A DNA stretch of 64,000 nt from the NCBI GenBank assembly GCA_963850905.1, contig CAWKMU010000004.1:64001-128000 (forward strand). Direction: 5' to 3'. Positions 8,530-17,384 of the stretch are shown here, in pieces. Within the stretch, counting starts at the first letter, position 1. Every line of letters starts with the position of its first letter. The position numbers were made by a program, and so were the translations under genes. The DNA comes from an uncultured Gemmatimonadales bacterium (GTDB taxonomy: Bacteria > Gemmatimonadota > Gemmatimonadetes > Gemmatimonadales > Gemmatimonadaceae). The notes below the pieces were generated by a model, which saw only the letters and a program-made list of their open reading frames with translations, was not told the origin of the DNA and made no database searches.

Positions 8530-9749
8530 ACGAGTGTCCCCCGTTTCGAAGACCCCGCGGACGGAGAGGGGGCGAGTTGCGCACGGGCGAGCAGCATTGA
8601 TCTGCGCTGTGCCACGTCGGCGGGCAGCTTGAACCACGAGTCCGGGCGCAACAGTTGCAGCCACTCTTCCCGACGAGATACGACCGCGCCGATCGCTCGC
8701 CGTTCAATGTAGAACGCGTAGGCGATGCCCGCGATCAGGAGGAGCGAGGAGGCAAATCCGCCAAGGGTGAGAGCGAGCGCGATGTCCAGGAGCGCGTTGT
8801 CCGAGTGGGCCAGCGCGAGCGCATTGTTGGAGGCGTGCTCGAGGAGCGCGACCAGCACCACCGCAAGCAGTACGAGCTCGGGGCGCTTGAACCGATTTCG
8901 ATACAGGAACGTGAGGCCGATGCCCAGTGCGAGCAGGGCCGAGAATATGAGGTGGCCGCCATGGACCATGGTCGAGCCGGCCACCGTGCTCGATGTCTCG
9001 CTCGGGAAAATCAGCGAGATGACCGGCACGGTGGAGAGGTCAAAGGATCCTCGGCCGAACGTCGCGTTCTCATAGAGGCCGAATCCCGCTCCGGTCCATG
9101 CGCCGAGCAACATGACATCGAGTGCCGACGGCCGGACGGTCGTGCGCTTCAGCGCGACGATGACCACGAATGCCACCGGGATCATCTTGCACAATTCCTC
9201 GGTGAGTGGCACCCAGACACTGACGGCGAGGAGGCTGGACCGGCCGAGTGCTCCGACCACCGGACTGCCAAGAAGCGTCGCAAGTGCGGTCACCGCAAGG
9301 AAGCCGGTCGTTCCGGCGCCGACGAAGGCCCGCCAGTTGAGTGTCCGGACCGAGCCGGCGATCACCATCAGCACGGTGAGGCCCCACAACTGTGCAACGA
9401 GGTCCGTCGCGAACTTCTCGAATCCCCCGGTGTGCGTCAGGTGAGGCAACGCGGCAAGGATGGTCACCGCCGAGATTCCCAAGCCGACGTTCGAAACGAT
9501 CATGAGCACGCGCGCGCGGCTCGGCGCGGACGCCGCTTTGGCCACGTAGGAGAACGCGACCTTGAGCGCGATCGCCGAGCCGATGAGGACAATCACGGTC
9601 GCCGCACCGCTGGGCATCACGCCTGCGGCCCGGGCCACCACCGCCGCGACCGAGAGCGTCACACCCGCCCCGGCAACCATCGCCATGCGCAAGTCGTTGG
9701 TCGCCGCCGACGATTGGGTCATCGGCTCACGGACGGCAGTCGTCATCAT
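8526..9749 (-). CDS. PrsW family intramembrane glutamic-type metalloprotease
   Basis: Multi-TM; PLTEELCK (EExxK), GAGFGLYEN (FxxxEN), H and HxxxN (HASNN) motifs; AGGAGG SD upstream. Confidence 0.85.
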   Translation of the reverse strand: MMTTAVREPMTQSSAATNDLRMAMVAGAGVTLSVAAVVARAAGVMPSGAATVIVLIGSAIALKVAFSYVAKAASAPSRARVLMIVSNVGLGISAVTILAALPHLTHTGGFEKFATDLVAQLWGLTVLMVIAGSVRTLNWRAFVGAGTTGFLAVTALATLLGSPVVGALGRSSLLAVSVWVPLTEELCKMIPVAFVVIVALKRTTVRPSALDVMLLGAWTGAGFGLYENATFGRGSFDLSTVPVISLIFPSETSSTVAGSTMVHGGHLIFSALLALGIGLTFLYRNRFKRPELVLLAVVLVALLEHASNNALALAHSDNALLDIALALTLGGFASSLLLIAGIAYAFYIERRAIGAVVSRREEWLQLLRPDSWFKLPADVAQRRSMLLARAQLAPSPSAGSSKRGTLV

Positions 9750-10011
9750 GGCCCTCCTCCAGCGCGCGAACGGCGTGATGGGTGTCCCTCCGTCACGCTA
9801 TCCGATCGCCGTCCGAGCAGTCCAATACTTTGTTTGGTGGAGTGCGATAGGCGGTGGCTATAGGGGCTGCCTGCGATTCGTTGTGGCTGCGTTGGCGGCG
9901 GCGAGCGGACCAGCCTTCGGTACGACGGGTGTCGACCCCGTGGTCGCGCTCGCAGCGACATGACGCGAATAAGCCATCATGTGTGGGCCCGCATGGAATG
10001 GTCGAGAGAGA

Positions 10012-10908
10012 TCAACGCGCGCCCGACCCGCTCGTGGCCAACACTTCGGCGGCGTCTAATTCGTCAAACGACTCCTGGTCGAGATTGACCAACGCAGCAG
10101 CGGTGTTTTCTTCGAGATGCGCAACCGAAGCGGTCCCGGGAATCGGGAGCATCACGGGCGACCTGCGAAGCAGCCACGCGAGTGCGACCTGCGCTGGGGT
10201 CGCGTGGACGCGTTCCGAAATGCGGGCAACTACCCCTCCGGCTTGCGCAAGACGCCCGGTGGCGAGCGGGAACCAAGGGATGAAGCCGAGTCCCTCGCGC
10301 GAGCAGTATTCCAGCACTGGCTCCGATCCTCGGTCGATCAGATTGAATCGGTTCTGGACGGAGACGATGGGCGTCAATCGTCGGACCGCCTCGATCTGTT
10401 CCACGCTGACTTCCGAGAGGCCGATGTGTCGAATCTTGCCTTCGCGCTTCAGGTCGACGAGTGTGCCAATCTGATCGTCGAGTGGCACTTTGGGATCAAT
10501 GCGGTGCAGCTGATAGAGATCGATTCGCTCGAGCCGCAGTCGCTGGAGGCTGCCCTCGCACGCCTCCCGCAGATGCGATGGCCGGCCGTCCTCGACCCAC
10601 TGATTTGGACCAGGCCGTTGGAACCCTCCCTTCGTCGCGATCACGAGTCCCTTCGGGTACGGGTACAGTGCTTCGGCGATCAATTGCTCCGCAACATGCG
10701 GCCCGTAGGAATTCGCGGTATCGATCAGGTCGATCCCGAGCTCGGGCGCGCGCCGTAGGACGGCGATCGCCTCGGCGTGATCGCGTGGCTCGCCCCAAAC
10801 GCCGCGACCTGTGAGTTGCATACTGCCGAAGCCAAGGCGATGCACGGTGAGATCGCCACCGATCGTGAAAGTGCCACTGTGCGTTGCTGGGCGTGAGACA
10901 GAAGACAC
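10012..10908 (-). CDS. Aldo/keto reductase
   Basis: RLGFGSM, IDTANSYG, IATKGG, IDLYQLHR, IRHIGLSE, PIPGT motifs. Confidence 0.93.
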   Translation of the reverse strand: MSSVSRPATHSGTFTIGGDLTVHRLGFGSMQLTGRGVWGEPRDHAEAIAVLRRAPELGIDLIDTANSYGPHVAEQLIAEALYPYPKGLVIATKGGFQRPGPNQWVEDGRPSHLREACEGSLQRLRLERIDLYQLHRIDPKVPLDDQIGTLVDLKREGKIRHIGLSEVSVEQIEAVRRLTPIVSVQNRFNLIDRGSEPVLEYCSREGLGFIPWFPLATGRLAQAGGVVARISERVHATPAQVALAWLLRRSPVMLPIPGTASVAHLEENTAAALVNLDQESFDELDAAEVLATSGSGAR

Positions 10909-11282
10909 GGTTGGCTCCCCAATCGCAGAGGTTGATAGGCGGGCGTCGCTCGAGCTGGACGTGACCGCTCACGTGCGCTGGAACGACCGCATTGGCGGAT
11001 GGACAGTTCGGTGCTCACACGAATCCGATACGACGTGGTTTGGTTCTGCGGCAAACACCATGCTCGCTGCATCGAGCCGCCGTACTCGTTGATCCACGCC
11101 AGCTGAATTCGGCTCAACGCGGCGGGGTACATTTCGCGTTTCACTTAGTTGCTCGGCGGGAAATCGGCAAGCGACGTTGGTGTTCCATCACGCTATTGCT
11201 GGCTCTCCAGGGGCACCGTATACTCGCCGCTTGCACGTCACGTGGCACTCTGCTACTCCACCTTCTTAGGCCCCTCGTGGAT

Positions 11283-12743
11283 ATGCCCAAGCTTTCAATC
11301 TGCCTGGCGTTGCTCGGATTCGTTCCAGTGGTTCGGGCGCAAGACCCGGGTCGCGCCGTGCCTGATTCGAACAAACACGGGGGCAGTAAGAAGGTCCACG
11401 AGATCGCGCACGTTGTCACTCACCTTGGGCCGGTTAAGGCCGCGGATCTCGAAATCGAGCAGGACTCCAGCCGTCCGTACGTGTACGTCTGCGGCTTCAC
11501 GAATTACGACACACAGATCTACGACATCCGAAACCCCGCCCAGCCGAAGAAACTGTACGATTGGACTATCGAACACCCGGAACTCCACCGCGGCGCCGGT
11601 GCGATGGACGGCAAGTATTTCAAGATCGGATCGAAGTACTACTACGCCCAATCCTTCCAGTTCTTCCAGGGAGGGCCGGATATGGATCTCGGCGCGGTCA
11701 TCTTCGACGTCACCGGTCTGCCGGATACGTCAACGGTGAAGGTGGTCGCCCGCATCCGCTATGCTCGAGCACCCGGCGGCTTCCACAACAGCTTCGCCTA
11801 CAAGCACTCGGATGGGCGCGTCCTCTACTTCGCCACCGTCAACGAGAGCGACGCGCTCATCTACGATCTGGGCAAGGTCGTCAGCGGGGCTGACTCCAGC
11901 ACCTGGCTCATTGGGAAAGTGCCCAATCCGACTCCGCTCAAGCAGCTCTCGGTCGGCGGGTATCACGACTTCTACGTCGCCTACGATCCCGCCACCCATC
12001 AGGACAAGTTCTACGGCGCCGGGCTTGGGGGTTACTCCGCGTGGGACGTGACCCATCCCGAGGCGCCCAAGCAGCTCTTTACGATCACCTCTTTCGGCAT
12101 GGATGTCGCGCACACCTTCACACCGTCTCCGGACGGGAAGTACGCCGTGACAGAGACGGAGTATCAGTATACGCCGCTTCGCATTTGGGACTTGACCGAC
12201 GCCCAGGCCGGCAATGTCCACAACGTGGATACGCCCATCGGGGCCTGGACGGCCGACTGGCATGACCTCTCACACAACCACGAAGTCCGGTGGCCGTACG
12301 TGTTCGTCTCCGCCTACGAGGACGGCCTCCAGATCTTCAGCCTCAAAGACCCCAGGCATCCGAAGACCGAAGGCCACTTTTATACTTGCGAGTGCGTGCA
12401 CGAAGCGGGCGCCGTTGTCTTCGAGTACGCGCCGCCCGGGCAGAGCGCTCCGGCGAATGGTGCGCGGGTCAACACGCACGTTAATCAGGGGGCGTTCGGC
12501 GTGGATGTGCGTAACCGCGATGGCCTGATCGTGATCTCCGACCAGGGCACCGGCCTGTGGCTCTTCAGGATGGATGGCTTCAATGGATGGAACGGTCGCG
12601 AGTACGGCATGCCGAACATCTCGAGCGTGCAGGACTACGACCACGGGCCAACAGGGATGCCGGTCTCGATGGATCGGCGCGAGCTGAACAAACGCAAAAC
12701 CGTGCAAACGAGCGACGCGAGTAAACGGGGCGAGTTAGATTAG
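11283..12743 (+). CDS. Secreted LVIVD-repeat beta-propeller protein
   Basis: Signal peptide MPKLSICLALLGFVPVVRA; repeated xIYDIxNPxxP / WDVTHP units; conserved His in GFHN, GYHD, AHT, SHN. Confidence 0.75.
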   Translation: MPKLSICLALLGFVPVVRAQDPGRAVPDSNKHGGSKKVHEIAHVVTHLGPVKAADLEIEQDSSRPYVYVCGFTNYDTQIYDIRNPAQPKKLYDWTIEHPELHRGAGAMDGKYFKIGSKYYYAQSFQFFQGGPDMDLGAVIFDVTGLPDTSTVKVVARIRYARAPGGFHNSFAYKHSDGRVLYFATVNESDALIYDLGKVVSGADSSTWLIGKVPNPTPLKQLSVGGYHDFYVAYDPATHQDKFYGAGLGGYSAWDVTHPEAPKQLFTITSFGMDVAHTFTPSPDGKYAVTETEYQYTPLRIWDLTDAQAGNVHNVDTPIGAWTADWHDLSHNHEVRWPYVFVSAYEDGLQIFSLKDPRHPKTEGHFYTCECVHEAGAVVFEYAPPGQSAPANGARVNTHVNQGAFGVDVRNRDGLIVISDQGTGLWLFRMDGFNGWNGREYGMPNISSVQDYDHGPTGMPVSMDRRELNKRKTVQTSDASKRGELD

Positions 12744-12754
12744 AGCGCGAGTTT

Positions 12755-12845
12755 GGAGGGGTGGGTGAGTGGCTCAAACCAGCGGTTTGCTAAACCGCCA
12801 TAGGGTCTTAAAGCTCTATCGAGGGTTCGAATCCCTCCCCCTCCG
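12755..12845 (+). tRNA. tRNA-Ser (anticodon GCT)
   Basis: Acceptor GGAGGGG/CCCCTCC with G discriminator, anticodon arm GCGGT-TTGCTAA-ACCGC, long variable arm, GGTTCGAATCC T-arm; CCA not encoded. Confidence 0.96.
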
Positions 12846-12857
12846 TCGAGGACGCTC

Positions 12858-12882
12858 CGGGCCCGCCGATCAGGCGGGCCCG
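12858..12882. terminator. GC-rich hairpin between convergent tRNA-Ser and membrane protein genes
   Basis: CGGGCCCGCC-GATCA-GGCGGGCCCG perfect 10-bp stem. Confidence 0.65.
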
Positions 12883-14753
12883 TTGCTATTCGATCCGCAT
12901 GGAACGGCCTCGGGCGAGGCGCGATCGGTCTCGTGCGCGCTCGCCAGACGGTGCTGAAGATCCGCCACCTCGCGCCGCAGCTCTAGCGTTTCGGCTCGCC
13001 GGTAGGCCAGGGCCGCGTCGCCAGCGAGCAAGACGAGTGCGGCGCGCTCGTCCGCTGCGAGATCGGCGCCGCTGTCGTGCGGCCCGTACAGCGCGAGTGC
13101 GAACCGCCTGATCTGGTCTTCAACCGCCACGACGACCGTTGGCGCCGCAAGGCCGGTTGGGAAGCCGAGCCGCGCTGCATCCCCAGGATTGATCTGGACC
13201 GGGTCCTCCGTGTCGAGACCGCGCATTGCTCCGTCGCGGGGATCCAGTGCATACGCCGTCCCTGCAGGCCAGCCGACTGTGCAGACGAAACGCCGATACC
13301 CGCTATCCTCGCGCCGGAACACCGCCGCAGACGCGAGATGCAGATGTGCCACGGGTGCCTCGATCAGGAGCCGCTCGACAGCGCCGACGGTATCGGCTGC
13401 CAGGATCTCTCGGCCGACCTGACGAAGGCGCACCATTTGACGCCGAAACGTTCGATTGAAGGCGCGGTCGGCAACCTCCACCGACAAATCGTGTACTCGA
13501 CTTGTGAGGTAGAAGAGCAGTGCGGCGACGAGGATCCAACTCCAGTCGGGGAGCGCGAGCGTGTCGCGCAGCCAGTCCGTCGCTCGATCAGCGAACACCA
13601 GTGGGATACTGATCAGCAGACCAAACACGGTCACGCGACGCAGCGGGATCGATACGTTGACCACCCGCGGGCGTCGCATGGCCTCGAGTACGAACCAACC
13701 CAGAATGCCGTAGGTGAGCAGCAGGACGCTGATGACCCCGAGTGGGATGGTCGCGCTGCCGGTCAGCGTGTACCACAGGGAAGTCGACTGCAGGACCGCC
13801 GAGAGGATGAACGCGGGCAGCCCGATCATGCAGCCCCAGATCACCCAGCGCATGCGCTGGTACTCTTGCGGCGGGTGGCCGTGACGGCGCCGGACGAGGA
13901 TCCAGAGGGCGAGGACATCCACCGCGTAATCGGCGAGAAACGTTGCCCGGCTGACATTCTCCGTCGGGTATCCGAAGATGTTGGTGTAGCTGATCAACTG
14001 CATGCTGGCGATCGCCAACGCGACAGCCGGGAGAATCCGCATCACGAACCACCATTTCTTCTCGGACTGGTCGTTGGGGACGCGCAACGCGAACAACAGG
14101 AGCCCGGCGCAGGCCGCACCATGCGCCAGCGACGCGAGGACCTCCTGCGCCATCAGGAGCAGCGGTCGCTCCTGCAACACGAGGAAGTAGACGAAGTCTT
14201 GCCCCGGGTTGAACCACAGCGCGTACACCCAGAACCCCAACGTCATGGCACTGGGCTGCGTCCACGCGAGCCACGCCGCGCCGAGCACCACAGCAATGCC
14301 CGCGAGCTCGTTCAACAGCAAAATGAAGCGACTCACCCAGCTCGCGGGATTGGGCTGCGCCGTCACATGCACGACTCGAGCTGGCCCGCCGCTCGCAGGG
14401 AGGACCGTCACACTCAGCACTCTGCCGCGTCGAACGAGTTGGGCGCCGCCCATGCCCCCCAGCACGGAGAGAAGATTGGTGCAGCCGCGCGGGCGCGGCG
14501 GTCCACATTGCATTGCCGCGAAGTCGATCTGATCGCCGACGCGCAGGCCCGCCTTCCAGGCTGGTGAATCCTGTTCCCGCGCAAACGGTCCGCGCACGTC
14601 GTAGATGCGCCCGTCGTTGTCGGCAGCAAAGCCTGCTGACGCGAGCGGGCGTACCACTCGCGACAAGTCCGGCACGATCATCAGCAGGCCCCACGCTGTG
14701 AGCGCAACGATCGCGATCCGCATGGGCCGCCCCGGTGTGCGCGCAGCCTGCAT
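12870..14753 (-). CDS. Membrane protein: N-terminal TM, PDZ-like domain, multiple TM helices and a C-terminal GAF-like domain
   Basis: SPAWKAGLRVGDQI (PDZ-like); about 8-9 hydrophobic helices; C-terminal LALYGPHDSGADL...E...L..LA (GAF-like); start may be 14723. Confidence 0.65.
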   Translation of the reverse strand: MQAARTPGRPMRIAIVALTAWGLLMIVPDLSRVVRPLASAGFAADNDGRIYDVRGPFAREQDSPAWKAGLRVGDQIDFAAMQCGPPRPRGCTNLLSVLGGMGGAQLVRRGRVLSVTVLPASGGPARVVHVTAQPNPASWVSRFILLLNELAGIAVVLGAAWLAWTQPSAMTLGFWVYALWFNPGQDFVYFLVLQERPLLLMAQEVLASLAHGAACAGLLLFALRVPNDQSEKKWWFVMRILPAVALAIASMQLISYTNIFGYPTENVSRATFLADYAVDVLALWILVRRRHGHPPQEYQRMRWVIWGCMIGLPAFILSAVLQSTSLWYTLTGSATIPLGVISVLLLTYGILGWFVLEAMRRPRVVNVSIPLRRVTVFGLLISIPLVFADRATDWLRDTLALPDWSWILVAALLFYLTSRVHDLSVEVADRAFNRTFRRQMVRLRQVGREILAADTVGAVERLLIEAPVAHLHLASAAVFRREDSGYRRFVCTVGWPAGTAYALDPRDGAMRGLDTEDPVQINPGDAARLGFPTGLAAPTVVVAVEDQIRRFALALYGPHDSGADLAADERAALVLLAGDAALAYRRAETLELRREVADLQHRLASAHETDRASPEAVPCGSNSNGPA

Positions 14754-14806
14754 GCGTCTAGGCTAGAGACATGGCCCTGAGGCAAGCAACGTCGACCAAG
14801 GCCCGT

Positions 14807-14923
14807 CTGGTGTTAGACGCTGGACGCTACACGCTGGAGACAAAGCATAGGGCTGGTTCGCTGCGCCCCGGCCGGCCCTTAGGTTTGCTCTCCAGCGTCC
14901 AGCGTCCAGCGTCTAGCGTCCAG
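14807..14923. repeat. Long imperfect palindrome with 7-bp repeat arms (GACGCTG / CAGCGTC)
   Basis: Left ctggtgttagacgctggacgctacacgctggagacaaa; right tttgctctccagcgtccagcgtccagcgtctagcgtccag; GC-rich centre. Confidence 0.85.
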
Positions 14924-14943
14924 TTTTGCCACTACTTTCCTAC

Positions 14944-16410
14944 GTGCCTGATACCGCGCCCAACACAGCCGCCCGCTCCGCGCCGCGGCTCCGCTTCGCC
15001 CCGTCGCCGACTGGCTTCCTCCACGTCGGCGGTGCGCGCACCGCGCTCCTGAATTTGCTCTACGCCCGACATACCGGCGGGCAATTCCTCCTTCGCATCG
15101 AGGACACGGATCGAGCCCGCAGCACCGAAGCATCGACCCGGGCAATCTTCGAGGGACTCAGGTGGCTTGGGCTCGGTTGGGATGAAGAGGTGCTGTATCA
15201 GGGCGCGAACCTGGAGCAGCATCGCCGGGACGCCGAGCAGCTGCTCACCAGCGGCGCCGCCTACCGGTGTTATTGCACGCCCGAGGAGCTGGAGCAGCGA
15301 CGCGCAGCCGCCGATGCCCGTCGCGAAGCATTCCGTTACGATCGGCGCTGCGACCAGTTGGGAGCCGACGAGATCGCCCGGCGCGTGGCCGCCGGCATGC
15401 CGAGTGCAATTCGCTTCCGCGTACCTGACGGAGTAACCGATTGGGAAGACGCCGTGCACGGCCACATCGCATTCCCCAACAAGGACATTGAGGACTTCAT
15501 CGTCCTCCGGTCCGACGGGACGCCCGTGTACAACATGGCCGTGGTCTCGGATGACATTGCGATGCGCATCAGCATTGTCATGCGCGGAGACGACCATATC
15601 TCGAACACGCCCAAGCAGATCCTGCTGTACCGGGCGCTCAATGCCTCGCTGCCGGAGTTTGCGCATCTGCCGATGGTACACGGCACCGACGGGAAGAAAC
15701 TGAGCAAGCGGCACGGCGCGACCGCGGTCGCCGACTACCAGCGCGAAGGGATCCTCCCGAGTGCCATGGCCAACTTCCTCGCCCTCCTCGGCTGGTCCCC
15801 GGGCGGAGACCGGGAGATCATGACGATGGCGGAGATGATCGAGCTGTTTTCTCCCGCGGGGCTGCAACGGAAGGCCGCCATCTTCGATCCCCAGAAGCTG
15901 GAGTGGATGAACGGTCAGCACCTGTCGCTGGTCGCGCTGGACGAGCTCCTGCCTCGGGTCACGACCGCGCTCGTTGCGGCCGGCATGGCGGACGCCAGCG
16001 CGCTCGCCGCACGACGCGAATGGTACGCGTCCCTGATCGACCTGCTGCGTGTCCGCGCTCGCACTATCAACGACATCGTGCGGCAAGCCGAGCCGTACCT
16101 TCGCGAGACGATCACGTACGACCCTGATGCAGTGGCCAAGCAGTGGAAAGACCGCCCGGCAACCGTTGCGCTGTTGACGGCTACGCGCGATGCGCTGGCC
16201 GCTGTGCCGTCCTGGACAACCGAGACGCTCGAGGCCGCGCTCCGTGACCTCGCCGCCGCGCGTCAGCTGGCGGCCGGCAAGATCTTTCAGCCCCTCCGCG
16301 TGGCGCTGACCGGTCTGACCGTGAGCCCCGGGATCTTCGACGTACTAGTGTTGCTTGGCCGCGACACCTCTTTGTCAAGAATCGATACAGCTATTCGAAC
16401 TCTTGTGTGA
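14944..16410 (+). CDS. gltX: Glutamate--tRNA ligase
   Basis: RFAPSPTGFLHVGG (HIGH), LRIEDTD, CYC, RGDDH, KLSKR (KMSKS); start could be TTG 14926 or GTG 14944. Confidence 0.96.
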   Translation: MPDTAPNTAARSAPRLRFAPSPTGFLHVGGARTALLNLLYARHTGGQFLLRIEDTDRARSTEASTRAIFEGLRWLGLGWDEEVLYQGANLEQHRRDAEQLLTSGAAYRCYCTPEELEQRRAAADARREAFRYDRRCDQLGADEIARRVAAGMPSAIRFRVPDGVTDWEDAVHGHIAFPNKDIEDFIVLRSDGTPVYNMAVVSDDIAMRISIVMRGDDHISNTPKQILLYRALNASLPEFAHLPMVHGTDGKKLSKRHGATAVADYQREGILPSAMANFLALLGWSPGGDREIMTMAEMIELFSPAGLQRKAAIFDPQKLEWMNGQHLSLVALDELLPRVTTALVAAGMADASALAARREWYASLIDLLRVRARTINDIVRQAEPYLRETITYDPDAVAKQWKDRPATVALLTATRDALAAVPSWTTETLEAALRDLAAARQLAAGKIFQPLRVALTGLTVSPGIFDVLVLLGRDTSLSRIDTAIRTLV

Positions 16411-16420
16411 TCCATACTTA

Positions 16421-16448
16421 TTGACCGGACCGCGCAGGATCATAAGTT
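16421..16448 (+). promoter_or_regulatory. Putative sigma70 promoter for lexA
   Basis: TTGACC-16 nt-TAAGTT in a locally AT-rich patch about 125 nt upstream of the start. Confidence 0.4.
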
Positions 16449-16571
16449 TGAATGTGGTTGCGCCCGCCAGACAGGCGCCATCCAAACGGGCGCTTGGCCT
16501 GCCGCGGTATTGGGTCATAGCGCAAACAAGCAGCGCCCACCGACCCGGCCATTTGACTCGCGGAGGCAGGT

Positions 16572-17258
16572 ATGGCAGAGCCCCTGACACCGACTGAGCG
16601 ACGCGTCTACCACTATCTGCTGGACTTCCTCACCGAGAATACTTACCAGCCGAGTATCCGGGAGATCGGTAAACGGTTTCGAATCAAGTCGACGAAGACC
16701 GTGTCCGACATCCTGCAAGCGCTCGCCGAGAAAGGCTACATCGAGCGCGACCCGTCCCGCTCGCGAGGCGTTCGCCTGTTGGGCTTTGCCGCGACCTCGC
16801 GCATTCAGCCGATCCCGATCTATGCGCGAATCGCCCCCAGCGAGCCTGCGCTCGCGGCCGAGCACCGCCAAGGCTTCTTGACAGTCGACCGCCGATTCGT
16901 GCCGGGCGACGATGTCTTCGCACTGCGGATCAGAGGCAATGGCATGGAAGGACGAGGCATCCTGGACGGAGACTTCGTCCTCGTAAACCCGTCGGCCCGT
17001 GCCCGCGACGGCGAAATCGTCGCCGCCCGGATCGGTGAAGACACAACCGTCAAGACGCTGACGCACCGCGGCGCCGCAATCGTGCTCGAGCCGGCAAGCA
17101 CGAACGATCGCGAAATCACCGTGGGACCGCAGGACAATTTCGCGGTGCTCGGAGTGGTCTGCGGCGTCTTCCGTCCATTCCACGACGGCCATGGCGAAAG
17201 CGAAGTCCTCGGTTTGGCGGGATCGGAACTGGAACCGGAAGAAGCTGTGGGGGCTTGA
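16572..17258 (+). CDS. lexA: LexA-family repressor with degenerate autocleavage residues
   Basis: N-terminal wHTH (LT..ER.VY...PSIREIG...L..KGYI.RDP..SRG) and S24 domain (GILDGDFVLV, TTVK); GGAGG SD. Confidence 0.88.
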   Translation: MAEPLTPTERRVYHYLLDFLTENTYQPSIREIGKRFRIKSTKTVSDILQALAEKGYIERDPSRSRGVRLLGFAATSRIQPIPIYARIAPSEPALAAEHRQGFLTVDRRFVPGDDVFALRIRGNGMEGRGILDGDFVLVNPSARARDGEIVAARIGEDTTVKTLTHRGAAIVLEPASTNDREITVGPQDNFAVLGVVCGVFRPFHDGHGESEVLGLAGSELEPEEAVGA

Positions 17259-17380
17259 CGGCGGGTTTGGGGTTTGGGGTTTGGGGTCAGGAACAAATAA
17301 GTGGGCCAGTCACATTGCGCCGTGACTGGCCCTCTGTATCTGTTGCAGTTACCCGAAACCCCAGACCCCAGACCCGCCGT
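17258..17380. repeat. Long palindrome with 7-bp repeat arms (TTTGGGG / CCCCAGA) around an 11-bp hairpin; likely bidirectional terminator
   Basis: acggcgggtttggggtttggggtttggggt ... GGGCCAGTCAC-8nt-GTGACTGGCCC ... acccgaaaccccagaccccagacccgccgt, between convergent genes. Confidence 0.88.
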
Positions 17381-17384
17381 TCGG

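Noticed and set aside
10909..11282. 370-bp intergenic region with short ORFs (10725-11144, 11141-11419) and the ORF-finder extension of the LVIVD gene to 10992
   Set aside because: No recognisable motif or RNA structure; consistent with a divergent promoter region, and the signal peptide marks 11283 as the start.
12755..14800. Prophage or integrative element at tRNA-Ser
   Set aside because: No integrase and no downstream duplicate of the tRNA 3' end.
16394..16410. Possible SOS box (CGAACTCTTGTGTG) upstream of lexA
   Set aside because: Only one half matches GAAC-N4-GTTC, it lies within the gltX coding end, and the cognate motif for this lineage cannot be established from this window.
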